A stretch of DNA of 64,000 bases. Source: Lepidodermella squamata (Eukaryota > Animalia > Gastrotricha). A program made the translations under genes and the position numbers. Below are positions 38,508 to 50,782 of the stretch, piece after piece. The notes beneath the pieces are model-generated. The model worked only from the letters and a program-made list of their open reading frames with translations, was not told the DNA's origin and made no database searches. Position 1 is the stretch's first letter; every line of letters starts with the position of its first letter. The stretch lies in the NCBI GenBank assembly GCA_047495785.1, contig JBLDXI010000046.1, forward strand, positions 806,001 through 870,000, in the 5' to 3' direction.

Positions 38508-39896
38508 TTACGAATTAGGACAAACAGGCAGAGGACCGCAAGGCACGGCCGTTCCCGATACCGGGCAGAAAGCAGAGGACATCGCTGCTTCAGGGTTGCG
38601 GCAGTAATTAGAAGCAGCCTCAAGTGAAGCTTCCGGAAATTGGATCGCGCTGTAGCTCCCTTGATTAATCCATGGCTCGCAAGTTGACCCGGTCATAGCA
38701 CTCTGCTCTGTGCCTTCGTAATCGTAGTTGTTCGGCGTGAAGGAACAGGTCTTGGGCAGCTCGTTTCCATGCTGGCCATTACACATGGCATGGACGTAGA
38801 CTTTAATGGTCGGCCATGTATCGGCAGTATTTTTCACAAGCCTCACGAAAGCGGCATTGTTACCATTCTTGAAGACGCGACCAGCTGTTATCCCGCAACG
38901 GCAAGCCCTTAGATTGCCAAAAATGAGGAGAAGCACATCATTTTATTTATTGTAACTGACCTTGGTCCAGATGTATAAAGGAGATAAGAGTCGCCACTAA
39001 TGAAATCGATGAAATCCCCGATATCGCAGGATTCAGCTGCAACATGTCGTGTGATTTATTAATTTGATTGAAACAAATCATGCAACTAACTATCACAGTC
39101 CTGGTCGGCTTTCATGGGAGGCGAATCGAAAGCCATAACAAACCCGCCTTCTTCTTGCTGGAACAACCATTACCCAGCTAATCATCCACTGGTAAAAATA
39201 ATGATTAATACATAAGTACCATAACAACCCAATAATGGCAGGTCGTCCCTGCCGGGACGTTGCCAGGGATTTCAAAGGAGCCATTCTGGCACGCGGTCAT
39301 GTAGGTGATACTTTGACCAATAGCTGGTCGCACGTCGCGCCAGACGTGCCCGGTACGCAGATGCAACGATCGCAATTTTTCGGATCAAATACGCCGTAGA
39401 TACATCTGACAGTACTTGACTGGCACGCACCTAATTCAAGAACACAGAAATATCAATTGCATCGGAAGTCGGAGTCTTGTTAAATCTAATGGTGTATCCT
39501 CAATTTTAGGTTTGCGAAAATTCAAACCCATGGGCATTAAAATTCCTCAAGTAGCTTACTTGGACAATAGAGAGAAAGCACACGGTACTTGTCGACCCAG
39601 GTCAGCGTCTTGTTCTTTTGCGTGATGGTTGACAAGTAATGCGGTTCTAGAGGTTCGATGGTGCGCTGTTCGTTTTTGCTTAGATACGTAGGGCTCGGAT
39701 GCATGATTGAGGCAAAGTCGTAACCAGTATCGCTCCTTTTATCATCCGATGAGATTGCAAAACTGGCAGCGCGACCGCTGAAAGATATCAATATATTCCA
39801 AATTAAAAAACAAATAAGCAGTGTGGGTTACGGTGCAATGTTGTCAGAATTGATCTTCACCCATTGGTAACGGTCACCTCGCTGATGTTCGTCAGG
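38508..39896 (-). pseudogene. Astacin-like A5, 5'-truncated (starts at the PDE exon), short form ending after the kringle
   Basis: PDEHQRGDRY, YDFASIMHP, EGF exon with a frameshifting deletion, kringle NYCRNPEA...CPNS*. Confidence 0.75.
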
Positions 39897-40230
39897 CTGC
39901 GAAGAGACCTCCTAAAACTGAGCCAATAACAAACGGGTTTTCCTACAACCTCTATTTTGGCGTTTTGGTTATTATAAATTGTTTATATCTGTAACGGCTT
40001 GAATACTGCTTCATAATAACCGTTGATTTATTTCCGAAAATTTGACCGAATTAATGTTCAATCGCCGTAGAATTTCAAGTCAAATGATTTGATTCACATA
40101 TAGTATATATTTAATAATCCTCACAAATGGCAGTGGAATACTTTGTTTTGCAACTGACATGTTCACATTATGATAAATATTCGCCATAATAGAATGTATT
40201 CGTCCAGGTCAGACTAGCTTTTGAGGGAAT

Positions 40231-40806
40231 TTAGGAGTTTCCACAATCAGGCATAGGACCGCAACGCCTCGCAATTTGCCCTATCGAGCAAACAGGAACG
40301 TCCGAAGCTGCTTTAGGGTTGCGGCAATAATTAGAAGCAGCCTCGAGTGAACCATCCGGAAAATCGAGCGCAGTGAAATTCGATTGGCTAGTCCATGCCT
40401 CGCAAGTATCCCCATTCGCAGCATTCTGCTGTGTGCCTTCGTAATCGTAGTAGCTCGGCGTGAAGGAACAGCTCTTGCTAAGGTTGTTACCATGCTGGCC
40501 AGTACACATGGAATGGACGAATACTTTGACGGTCGGCCACGTATCGGCCGTCCTTTTCACCAGCCTCATCAGGCTGCGGATAGAAAAATGATTATCATTC
40601 ATTTAATCAGTTGAAAAATCAATTACAAATCCGAGTGCGTGACCAATTTCATGAGCTATCAACCCAATATCCTGAAATAAAAAATGCCTAAAAAATCTAT
40701 CGATGAAAGTGCCGAAGCGAGAATCGTACATATGAACACTCTTTCGTGATCAAAACATGTTGAGCGTAATCTTCCACCATACCGATTTTTGACCAACATT
40801 CGCCGC
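40231..40806 (-). pseudogene. Astacin-like A6, 5'-truncated and internally deleted
   Basis: CWSKIG exon and DIGLIAHEIGHALGF exon (40671-40627), then acceptor + CCTGATGAG (PDE) fused out of frame to the kringle exon. Confidence 0.75.
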
Positions 40807-42032
40807 TGAAAAATGACCAGATAAGTCGAATGTTTACATATACCCCGAGGCATAGTAGTATCTACCGATTGTCAGGGCTCCATTGAAATACCAACCCCCC
40901 ACGTTGCGAAGGTTATATTTGGGAAAATAAAAGATCCAACTTGATTTTCCATCAGAAATTGAGCTTTTCGCCATTTTTGGATCAAACGCTCATTCTGTCG
41001 ATTTTCGTTTTGATTTTCACTCTCGCTTTTTTTGCCGCCAGATATTCGCGTCAGACTGGCACGCTGCTACGTTGAAGAATCGCACCACGGCTCTAGCTAT
41101 TTGAACTGTTGGCTCATCAAATCAACCTGGCGAGTGAATTTGGCTGATGTCAACTAGTTCGCCGATCTGGTCATTGTCGATCTCAAGCTTTCGGCGGTTT
41201 CGATCCTGTTCGAGGAAGCGTGTCGTCGAACCAGTTCGACCCAGGAACGAAGGCTGATGGATTGTTACGGAATACAAGACGAAAACGGCGTCGTTTTGGC
41301 AATTTCCAGGATACAAGAGGAATGCGATTTTCTCAACATTGAGCTGCTCGGATTTCGCAATTGTCCCGGTGGAGTTCTGGGTTTTATCGACATTGTGGCC
41401 GAACACTGCTCGATTTTCTCGGTAGCAGGGGTGAATGTTGCCAGATTTTCGAGCCACACCAGCTTTTCAATGAGATTGTTTGATTTTGAGTTTTAGACCG
41501 GCATCTAGGATTTTTATGCTACGGTCATACGGCAGCACGACAGAAAAGTACATTCACGACTACGGTAGAAATTGTTTTGAATTTGATGAGGACATCTTTA
41601 ATACTGCCACAGTAAGACGTCGCAAAATATCCTTTATGAACCTGTAACAATTAAGGAATCCTTAACGGTGTTGAGGGCCCGCTGAAAATGCCCTAGGCCG
41701 TAGCGAAGCGAAGCCCGAGGGTATTTTCAAGGGCTGAAATCGAGTTTATGCCGTTCCTGTTCCAACATGGTTGGTTATTTTTTAAAGAAAAACTTATTTT
41801 CCGCTCGAAAACTGGATAAAATGCCCTCACACAGTTTTAGCGTTCAAAAAAAATGACTTTTGTTAAAATGCTTTCTTTGGTTCAAATCTTTGCTTAGCTA
41901 GTCTAATGGAGCCTGGTTCGTCCAGTAAATCAGTGATTTGGATTTCAACAGAAATTAAAAATAAAAGATCCACCTTAAACGGAATCACCGGGCGGAAACT
42001 CCGGGCGGAATTAAGCAATCTTGGATGGTTCA

Positions 42033-42109
42033 GAATACAGAAACACTTTTCTTGTACGAATGACTGTATGACATACAGTCATTCGTACAAGAAAAGTGTT
42101 TCTGTATTC
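42033..42109. repeat. Perfect 38-bp inverted repeat with 1-nt spacer
   Basis: gaatacagaaacacttttcttgtacgaatgactgtatg-a-catacagtcattcgtacaagaaaagtgtttctgtattc. Confidence 0.95.
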
Positions 42110-42712
42110 GGAGTAAATTCGAGATTGCTTTTCTCCTCTGTATCTGCTAAAAACTCGGAGAAACGTAGCTAGAAAGTGCGGGGAAAAGTGATCTTGTACG
42201 CCATTTATATAGGAAAATGCTAAAATAAAAATTCCATCTTAATAAAAGTGTTTCTGTATTGTACAGGAATACAGAAACACTATTTCTGTATCGTTTTTTA
42301 GCCTCAATCATAGGAGAATCGCATTTTCCATTGAAGCAAAAAATAACCAACCATGTGGGAACTTAAAATTTCTTTCTTCCATGGATTCTAGCATGATTCT
42401 CCATGATTCTCATTCGATTCAGTAAAAAAATCTTCGATAAGTCTGTATGGTAGGGTGATAGCTGCCAAGCCGTCTCGAACTAGACGGAAAAAGTTAAAAA
42501 AGGCACCTGCGAGAAAAGTCGATAAATCAAGAATCAAGTGCAACACTTTTTATTCAACTCAAAATAGTATTAGATGTGCTGATTTACAGCTGATCGGAAG
42601 GTTCGACGGCAGGCAGAAATTTTGATCATACTCGCCTAATTATCTTTAAATTCAGATTCAGCTTAATACTTGAAAGTTCATGCATTGCATCAACACAACT
42701 TCAATCTCAAAT

Positions 42713-44821
42713 TTATCCAGTCGATGCTGAACAATTAAGAATCGCCCCAGCACACGAAATCGAATTTCCACTAGCGTCGACACAGAAAGGGCTACTACTC
42801 GACGCCTTCGGATTTCGGCAGTAGTTGCTAGCGCGTTCGATAGACCCTTCGGGAAAGTCAAACGGCTTAAATTCTGGCCTGGATGACCATGACCTACAGT
42901 CCAGCTGGGTAGCAGCCCCCTCATAGTCGTATTGATTGCTGGTGAACGCACACTCCTTGCCGAGAGATGTACCGGTTCTGCCGCCACACATGCCATAGGC
43001 GGCGAGTCGGCTTGGCATCCACGTGTCACTGGTTACTTTCACAATTTTAACCACCAGCCAGTTCCAAGTGGTTGTGCTTTTGAAAACTCGCCCCGAGCTA
43101 ACAGAACACCGGCACACTCTGCAACAAATGTGTTATAGAAAAAGCTATAGTAAGCATTCATGGCGACCAACCTTGGACCAGCAGCAAAACCTATCCGAGT
43201 ATCGTCGATGAATTCCATGTAATCGCCCGATTCACAAGAGGAAGCTATCGGATAATCGATGAATTGATGTATTAAATTGTGATCTACGGCTTACCAGAAT
43301 CGTCGCAAGGTTGGTTGTTGTTCATAGGAACTGAATCGAAACCAACAACCAGCCCACTGCCGTCGGCCTAGAGTTGAAAAATTGGTATGTAATTATTACG
43401 ATCCACAATCCTCTCACCGTGTATATCCAGCGGTAACAAGTCGTACCAGCTGGGATGTTTGTTGGAATATCGAAAAAGGCTGGCGTGCATGGGTCAACAT
43501 AGTTGTAACTTGGCCCGCAGATTGCTTCATCAGAGAAAATGGATTGGTCGCAATTTGGACCGAAGTAGCCTTCGCCGCACATGCAGTTGGCGCAATCATT
43601 AGGATTGAAAACACCAACAAGGCACGCAGGATGAGTAGGACACTTCTCTATGTTTTTTCCAAACACCATGAAATGATAAATTGTAATGCCAAAACATTGT
43701 CCCACCTTGACAATACAGCGAGATGATTCGATACTTGTCAGTGAACGACAGAGTTGGTTTAACCGCGTTGACGCTGTAGATATAGTGTGGATCTTTCGGC
43801 TCAATTGTTCGAGAACCACCATCCTTCGAACGGAAGTTCAATTTCTTGTGCATGATTGAACCGAAATCATACGGCATATCGACGCGGTTATCAGGGGTGA
43901 TGATCTCAAAGTCTGCCTCACGGCCGCTGGAAAAAATTAAACTTTTTCCATGCGAGGAATTAGTCTAGCAAAACAAAGCTCACGATTCAACACGGTCCAA
44001 TACGATGTCAACCCAGTCGTCGCGATCTGCTCTTTGATGCTCGTCGGGCTGTTACAAGTAAACTTCTTATTAGTTAGGAGGTGTGTAGGTAAATCATACC
44101 AATCCTAGAGCGTGACCGATCTCGTGAGCAATCAGGCCCGGATCCTAGGTAAAGGCAGACTATTGAGAGGATTTAAAAAATTCGAAATCATACATTAGAG
44201 CATTCTTCCGTTATCAGTATCATTTGCGCATAATTGCCAACCATGCCAATTTTCGACCAGCATTCCCAGCTAACCATTTCCGAAATGTTGGAAGATCAAT
44301 TGATTCAATTGCATAATGCTTACCCTGTCCCTAGAGCAAACGTGATAGCGTTGCCAGCAACTGGTGGCGTGAAAACCTCCTCAAATCGAACACACGTTGC
44401 GGCAGACCACATGTTAATTGCGGCAAGGACGTTAGCTGCTATCGCAGTGTCACTTTCTAGAAACAAAATTACTCAATGCGAAATATCAAGATGACCAGGC
44501 AAAATTACTCAGTTTGCTAGTCATGTAGTAGCGAATAGGCAGCGTCCATTTGACGAAAGGCGTTGAGGTTTGCAGCCGAGGCGCATCGTTACTTAGCTCG
44601 GCATCTCCCTTGAATGAATCTGCCACAAATGTAGCGGAAAATTCAGCTCTTCGCTTGATGTGATTTTGTAATATATCTTGTAGCTAAAGAAATCATTTCA
44701 ATATTCAATACAAGTTTTGAGCTAATTGAAAACAAAACCTCACCTCAACTTCAGGCGTTGAATGGACTTGGCATGTGAACATGCAAACAGACGTGAGCCA
44801 TAATAATACGATCGGTTGCAT
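42713..44821 (-). CDS. Astacin-like metalloprotease A7 (short form: SP-astacin-EGF-CUB-kringle)
   Basis: SP MQPIVLLWLTSVCMFTCQVHS. KWTLPIRYY, MWSAATCVRFEE, HEIGHALGL|PDEHQRADRD, YDFGSIMHK, EGF CLVGVFNPNDCANCMCGEGYFGPNC, kringle NYCRNP. Confidence 0.8.
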
Positions 44822-45944
44822 TTTAAACAGTAAATAAAAAATGAAAAATAAATGCGAATGATTTTTTGGAATTGGCTTTTGAAGGCACGTGTCGTGTCGC
44901 ACGATAAAGTCATGTGCTCGTCGTGAAAAACACCGGCGAAAATGTTACGTGATATTTTTTCACATGTTGTTGTGACTTGGATTTATCATTCATCACTGTT
45001 GCTTTTTGATCATCTTAAAATTTCCAAACCCCGAATACTCCAAGACCTCGAGGCTATGAAAACACAAGTATCTTGTTACCATGTAAACGCATAAATCGTA
45101 ACCTATCTTAAAAAAACAATGCCGAACATTGTAGGCCGGGTTTGCAGGGTCGAAGTCCATTTTTATTTGCTGCGTCGATGGTGTGGCGGTGGGGTGGTGA
45201 AGTTTGTTGTCGTAGTAGTTTTTGCAAATATTTTTCATTCATCTCCAGCTAAAAATCAGCTAAATCTAATCAGCTAAAAAAAACCGACCGCTCGACCACA
45301 CCACCATCACCACATAACAAGCATAGTTGTTCACCGTGGAAAACAGCTGATGTTCAAAACATCTTGTAAACAAGGCATTAAGCATAAAGCATAAAGCAAT
45401 TCGTCGCCGCCATAATTCTTTATTTTAAATCAATATTACTTCGATTAATAATTTAATCGACATTGAAGCATAGCAGGGATACGGGCCGGGTATCCCTGAT
45501 CCTGATAAGGCTGCGTCGATCAGCGTGAGCTTGGGCGGTTTTTTTCTGATTTTGACGAATTTGCATTATAATCTAAAATTAAAGCTTTGGTCCAGCGTTC
45601 AGGTTCAATAATGAATTCTTCGCTGTCCCTGATTCCAAACTTGTAGGCTGGAATCTCAATTTTTATCCGTACTTATAATATACCGCTTCGGAATGAGGAG
45701 CATTAAATATACAACTGACACTTCTGGAATGAAAGGAGAATATTTATTTATTTATTTTAAATTTCCACAAATTCATTATTTAAGACATATAAGTCAAAAT
45801 AAATCCATATATAACGGCGTGTTGATAAATCAAGAGGAAAAATAAATACGGATTTTGGCGAAGACAGTCAGTGATCCACAAAATCGCTCGCAAATTGTCA
45901 TGATTGTTTTGGCAGAATTGGCGGCCGAAATTTGTGGAGATAGT

Positions 45945-47065
45945 TTACGCGAACAACGATGGATTGATGCACTTGGCAAAAGAGGTGTATTGGGCATTTT
46001 CCGGGCTCTGTGATGGAAAAGTATGTATCAACATAATTTCGAATTGCAGAATCACTTCAACTTACCGTGCCATCCGGGCAGCCAGTCATAGCAAATTGGC
46101 ACGAATTATGTTGTTCGACGCATCAAGACAACGCACCAGTTGTACCTAACATTAGAATTTAGGCATAAATCGTTTTATCAACCCTGAAATTCACCTCATT
46201 TTTACAAATCCGGTTGATATACTGGTAGTTCGAGAAAAAATTCGGATCAACGGCGTATGTCAAAACGTGGTCGAACATTTCAGCACAGTCCCGCTCGGCA
46301 ACACCATAAGCGTAGGCATCAGTAAACTTCGAATAACAGCATTTAGCTGCCTAGAAAAAATGGCAGGCAAAATCATGGTTTCGGGGCGTTTTCGTGATTT
46401 TTACTTACACCAGAAAATCAATTGTCTCGACTTGAATACAGCAACCTGGTTTGGTTAGGATCGAAAGGTTGCAACTAAATTATATGACCATATTGAGTAG
46501 AAATTTAATATGGGATCATATATGGGAAATACCTCGGTCATTTGATCACCGCACTGATCTTTTTCTTGACAGTACCCAGGTTCAGTCGCATCGGCTGGGA
46601 TGCAGCGAGTATAGGCGGCTGGGTAAAAGTAGACAAATCATCGAAATTTGTGAGGAGCATACAACAAGCCGGGATCATTCCGCAAGGCACATTTCCGGAA
46701 ATGTGCTTCCGCAAGACACGAGGGTACCCGATACTGGGCACGAGGCGAATTCCCTCTCTGCTCTGGGGTTGCGGCAGTAATTCGCAGCTTCAGCCAAATC
46801 GTCGATACTGGCCAAATCGTGTTTTGACTGCTCCATGGTTGGCTGGGTGTCCCGTTTTCTGTGCGGTTTTCCGTGCCTTCGTAATCGTAATTAGTCGCAG
46901 TGAAGGAGCATTTTTTGCTCAACAAATTGCCATTCTGACCACCGCACATTGAATAGAAAGCTAGTTGAGTCCAGGTGTCGGAAATTTTCTTCACAAGAGT
47001 CGCGAAGGCAAGTTGATAGCCAGTTGTAATCATACGACCTGCAGTTATCCCGCATAAGCACGCCC
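45945..47065 (-). pseudogene. Astacin-like A8, 3' fragment only (CUB end, kringle, C-terminal Cys domain) with frameshifts
   Basis: ACLCGITAGR...LVKKISDTW, NYDYEG, frameshifted NYCRNP, last exon FAKCINPSLFA*. Confidence 0.7.
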
Positions 47066-47223
47066 TGTGAATATGCAAATGTCAAGGCGTATTCAAGCTG
47101 AGAGACTTTAGCAGCGACGTTGGCCCGGTTGCTAGCCAGCGATCAGCGCCATTGGCATCATGGAACCATTCAGTCCCAAATTTAAGCTGCCGAAGCAAAA
47201 GATTCAAGGCAATACAATCTTTT

Positions 47224-47299
47224 GTAGGATACGGGTACCGATCTCGTTGCCTCTCGCATGTTGAGCGAGCGCTATTTTGAGCTATTTGAGCTAATCCCC
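47224..47299 (-). pseudogene. tRNA-Ala(AGC)-derived pseudogene
   Basis: Reverse complement GGGGATTAGCTCAAAT...GCGCTCGCTCAACATGCGAGAGG...ATCGGTACCCGTATCCT, with a duplicated D-arm segment and a mutated anticodon loop. Confidence 0.7.
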
Positions 47300-47375
47300 A
47301 TGAAGTTGAGTCAATATTTATTTAACAAAGGCATTCTCAACAAGAACGTAAAACTAGCAGTAAAATGTTGAAACC

Positions 47376-47460
47376 TGGCGTCCTTCGGGAGACTCGAACC
47401 TCAGAAACTGCGATAAACTGCTCACGGGAGATCAGGGTTCGATTCCCTGCCAAGGAGCCA
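47376..47460. pseudogene. Two back-to-back tRNA 3'-half fragments, each ending in encoded CCA (right one tRNA-Asp-like)
   Basis: Minus strand GGTTCGAGTCTCCCGAAGGACGCCA; plus strand CACGGGAGATCAGGGTTCGATTCCCTGCCAAGGAGCCA followed by a T run. Confidence 0.5.
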
Positions 47461-47514
47461 GCTTTTTCCTTCATCTTAAAGCTGTGCTCTGTGTATTCGC
47501 CAAAAATGTACAAC

Positions 47515-47587
47515 CGCCCGATGTGGGGCTCGAACCCACGACCCTGGGATTAAGAGTCCCATGCTCTACCGACTGAGCTAACCGGGC
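47515..47587 (-). tRNA. tRNA-Lys(CTT)
   Basis: GCCCGGTTAGCTCAGTCGGTAGAGCATGGGACTCTTAATCCCAGGGTCGTGGGTTCGAGCCCCACATCGGGCG, 73 nt, canonical cloverleaf, T5 terminator ~10 nt downstream. Confidence 0.97.
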
Positions 47588-48082
47588 TGAGACTGCAGCA
47601 TTTTATATTTCCTCACTGGTATTACTTCACTGGTAAAAGCAATCGCAGAAAAAATTAATGGTCCGTGTTACGTGCTATTTGAACCAACCAATCACAGACT
47701 AGAAACCACCCGACCAATCAAATAATTGTGGATTCACTGGTTCCACTAAGAAGCGCTGGAGTGTCATGTTGAGGAATTCAGCATCGAACGCGAGCGCCAA
47801 ACCTTGCATATTCTGAAATGAGACGACAAAAAGTCCAAGTCTGCTACAGAAAATGCTGGCTAACAGGAAAAAAATGAGATAAATGTTAAATAGTTTTTTA
47901 CTACCGAGGCTTGAATACTAGCTTTTCGAGTCATGCCAAGCAAAAATAATGAGGCAAAATAACTTTTCCATTATATTTAGCATAAGATTTTACATTAAAT
48001 TCGGTAAGTGATGCATTATAGTTAAGTATAGTTCGTAGACCATCTTTCTTCATCGCCACTTCAGACAGGTTTGTGAGGCAAT

Positions 48083-49947
48083 TTAGCCCGGGCGGCATAG
48101 AGGAATTTGATTGCACTGCCTTGCGATTCCACCTATCGGGCAAAAAGCAGCCTCAAGCGCTGCTTCAGGGTTGCGGCAATAATTAGAAGCGGCCTCTAGC
48201 GACGCTTCTGGAAGTTGGAGGGCGGTAAAATTTGATTGACTTGTCCACTGCTCGCAAGGTGCCCCGTTCCTAGCGCGATTTTCTGTGCCCTCGTAGTCGT
48301 AGTTGCTCTCCGTGAAGGCACAGCTCTTGGGAAGGTCATTACCATGCTGGCCATCACACATGGCGCGGATGAAAACTTTGACTGCAGGCCATGTATCGGC
48401 GGTTTTCTTGACTAACCTCACGATGGCGAGTCGATAACCATTCTTGAAAAAGCGGCCAGCTGTGACCCCGCAACGGCAAGCCCTTATTGATAAAAATTGA
48501 GTTGGAATAAACGAATTAATTCAAAGCTTCTAACCTTGGCCCAGTTGAATACATCAGCTCACCGCCATCAATGAAATCGATGAAATCAACGTCCTCGCAT
48601 GACGATCCCGCTAAAAACGATTTGAGATTAAAATTGAGATAACACAAGCTATTAAAAACTAACTATTATTACAGTTCTGGTCGGCTTTCATCGGCGGCGA
48701 GTCGAACGCCATAGCAAATCCGCCGGTGCCTTGCTGCGGAAAAGAGGTTGTTACAGATTATCAATCACCCGAGCAAAAGTGTTCTATTCAAACCGAAACA
48801 ATCCAATAATGACATATCGTCCCAGCCGGTACGTTGCCAGGAATTTCAAAGGAAGAAGTATCGCACGACGGGACATTTCTGAAACTTTCACCACAAACAG
48901 GGTCGTTTACATTTAGAACTTGGTCACACGCCGCGCCAGCCGTAGCCGCGATGCAGATGCAACGATCGCAGTTGTTCGGATCAAATATGCCATATATGCA
49001 TTCCACAGTTCTCGACGGGCATCCATCTAAATTAGGAAAGCATAAGTACTAATAGGTGACATTCACATTCAATAGACTCAGAACCGAGGAAATAATCGAA
49101 ACAACTTAGAATTTCAGATAAGTAGAGGAGTCGAACTGATACAATCAAGTTCAAGATAACGCTAAATCCGAGCTATTCAACAACGCTGACGATATGGATG
49201 AGAGAGCGAAGTACGGCTAGGGATGCTGGGGATCATTCCTACCATTTCAATCGGCACGCAAGGTTAACTCAGAAAAAGACCAAGGGTAGACCCTTTAAGG
49301 TGATTTTCTCATCCTAACTATTTCTGCTGTCCTAATTCGTCCTCTGATGGATAGAGCCAACATTGCTGTGGGGGTACGGAGCTTTCGTTCTTTAAGTTAA
49401 ATTGCTTACTTGGGCAATACATCGCAGTTATACGGGCTCTGTCGTCGAAAGTCAGCGTCTTGTTTCGAGTGATTGTTGACAAGTAATGCAGGTCGACAGG
49501 TTCAATGGTGCACTTTCCGTTTTTGCTTAGATACGTGGCGCTCGGATGCATGATAGAGGCAAAGTCGTAATAGCTATTGATCCTCTTATCATCTGGCGAG
49601 ATGGCGAAATCGGCAGAGCGGCCGCTGAAATAAGCATTTTCAGATTTCACATTGACTACAACAATAAATAGCCGTTACGGTTTAATGTTTTCTGTATTGA
49701 TCTTAACCCATCTGTCACGGTCACCTCGCTGGTGCTCGTCAGGCTGTGAGGAAAAATTTCAATTTTTAATGCAATTATCGTTAATAATAAATTACAAGAC
49801 CAAGAGCGTGGCCAATTTCATGAGCTATCAACCCAACATCCTGCGATCAAAAAAAAAAGTTGAGCCCTAGAATTCAATATCATCACATCTTACATTTGCG
49901 CACTCATCCGTGATAAGAACAAGCTGAGCGTAATCTTCGACCATGCC
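48083..49947 (-). pseudogene. Astacin-like A9 (short form), 5' part replaced at the LTR junction
   Basis: Exon GMVEDYAQLVLITDECAN is cut at 49947. HEIGHALGL|PDEHQRGDRD, YDFASIMHP, EGF, CUB and kringle exons are otherwise open. Confidence 0.8.
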
Positions 49948-50782
49948 TGTAAGCAAACAACGACACCCTTAAGGCAACATTGATGTTTATTAAAACAAGG
50001 AAATAACCAGAATAAAGATCCATGGTACAAACGCGCGCTTATAACGCCAATGATTATCAATCAACGACTGCGCAATAGAAGCGTACCATAATAACGAGAA
50101 CAATATCGAAATATCACAAGTGTTATATACTGTTACACTATACCCTCCTTCAGGGTGAGCGTCGCTTCGAGAACGTGCGACATGGGCCCGGCTTCCTGGG
50201 ATACGAAAACTGTGTTCCGCGGTCACTGATGGTATCCTCCGGCAGGCCATGGAGACGAAAAACTTGATCCAAAACAGCTTGCGCCGTTTGCTCAGCAGTC
50301 GGTAGTCCCGGAAATGCAATAAAATGAACCATTTTAGTTAAACGGTCAACAACATTTAAAATACAGGTCATACCGTTGGATGGCGGAAGTTCAACAACAA
50401 AATCCATCGAAATCGACGACCAAGGTCGGGTCGGCGTCGGTAACGCCTGGAGGAGACCGTAGGGTTTGTGACGGTGATTCTTGACACTCCTGGGCTTCGC
50501 GAATGCGGTCATGCCACGGGTTTTTCGAGTAAACAAACGAGCGAAGAGCCATGATCTTCAGATTTTTCGATTGGAAAACAAATTCAGGTTCGGTTATAGC
50601 GACGGAGGACCGATGTTCCGATTTCCTTGAGAGTGCGTCGGCCTTACCGCCCTGTGAACCAGGCCGAAACTTGATGACGAAGTCGAACCTTGCAAAGAGC
50701 ATCGCCCATCTTGCTTGCCGTTGGTTCAGAACCTTCACCTTCGATTCGAAGAACTCCAAATTCCGATGATCAGTGTAAACTG

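Noticed and set aside
39896-40671. Rescue of a functional gene by splicing the A6 HEIGH exon to the A5 PDE exon
   Set aside because: A6 lacks the signal-peptide and N-terminal exons, and the A5 EGF exon is frameshifted.
40870-42030. Short ORFs at 41122-41496
   Set aside because: No recognisable motif or consistent exon structure; probably transposon-derived.
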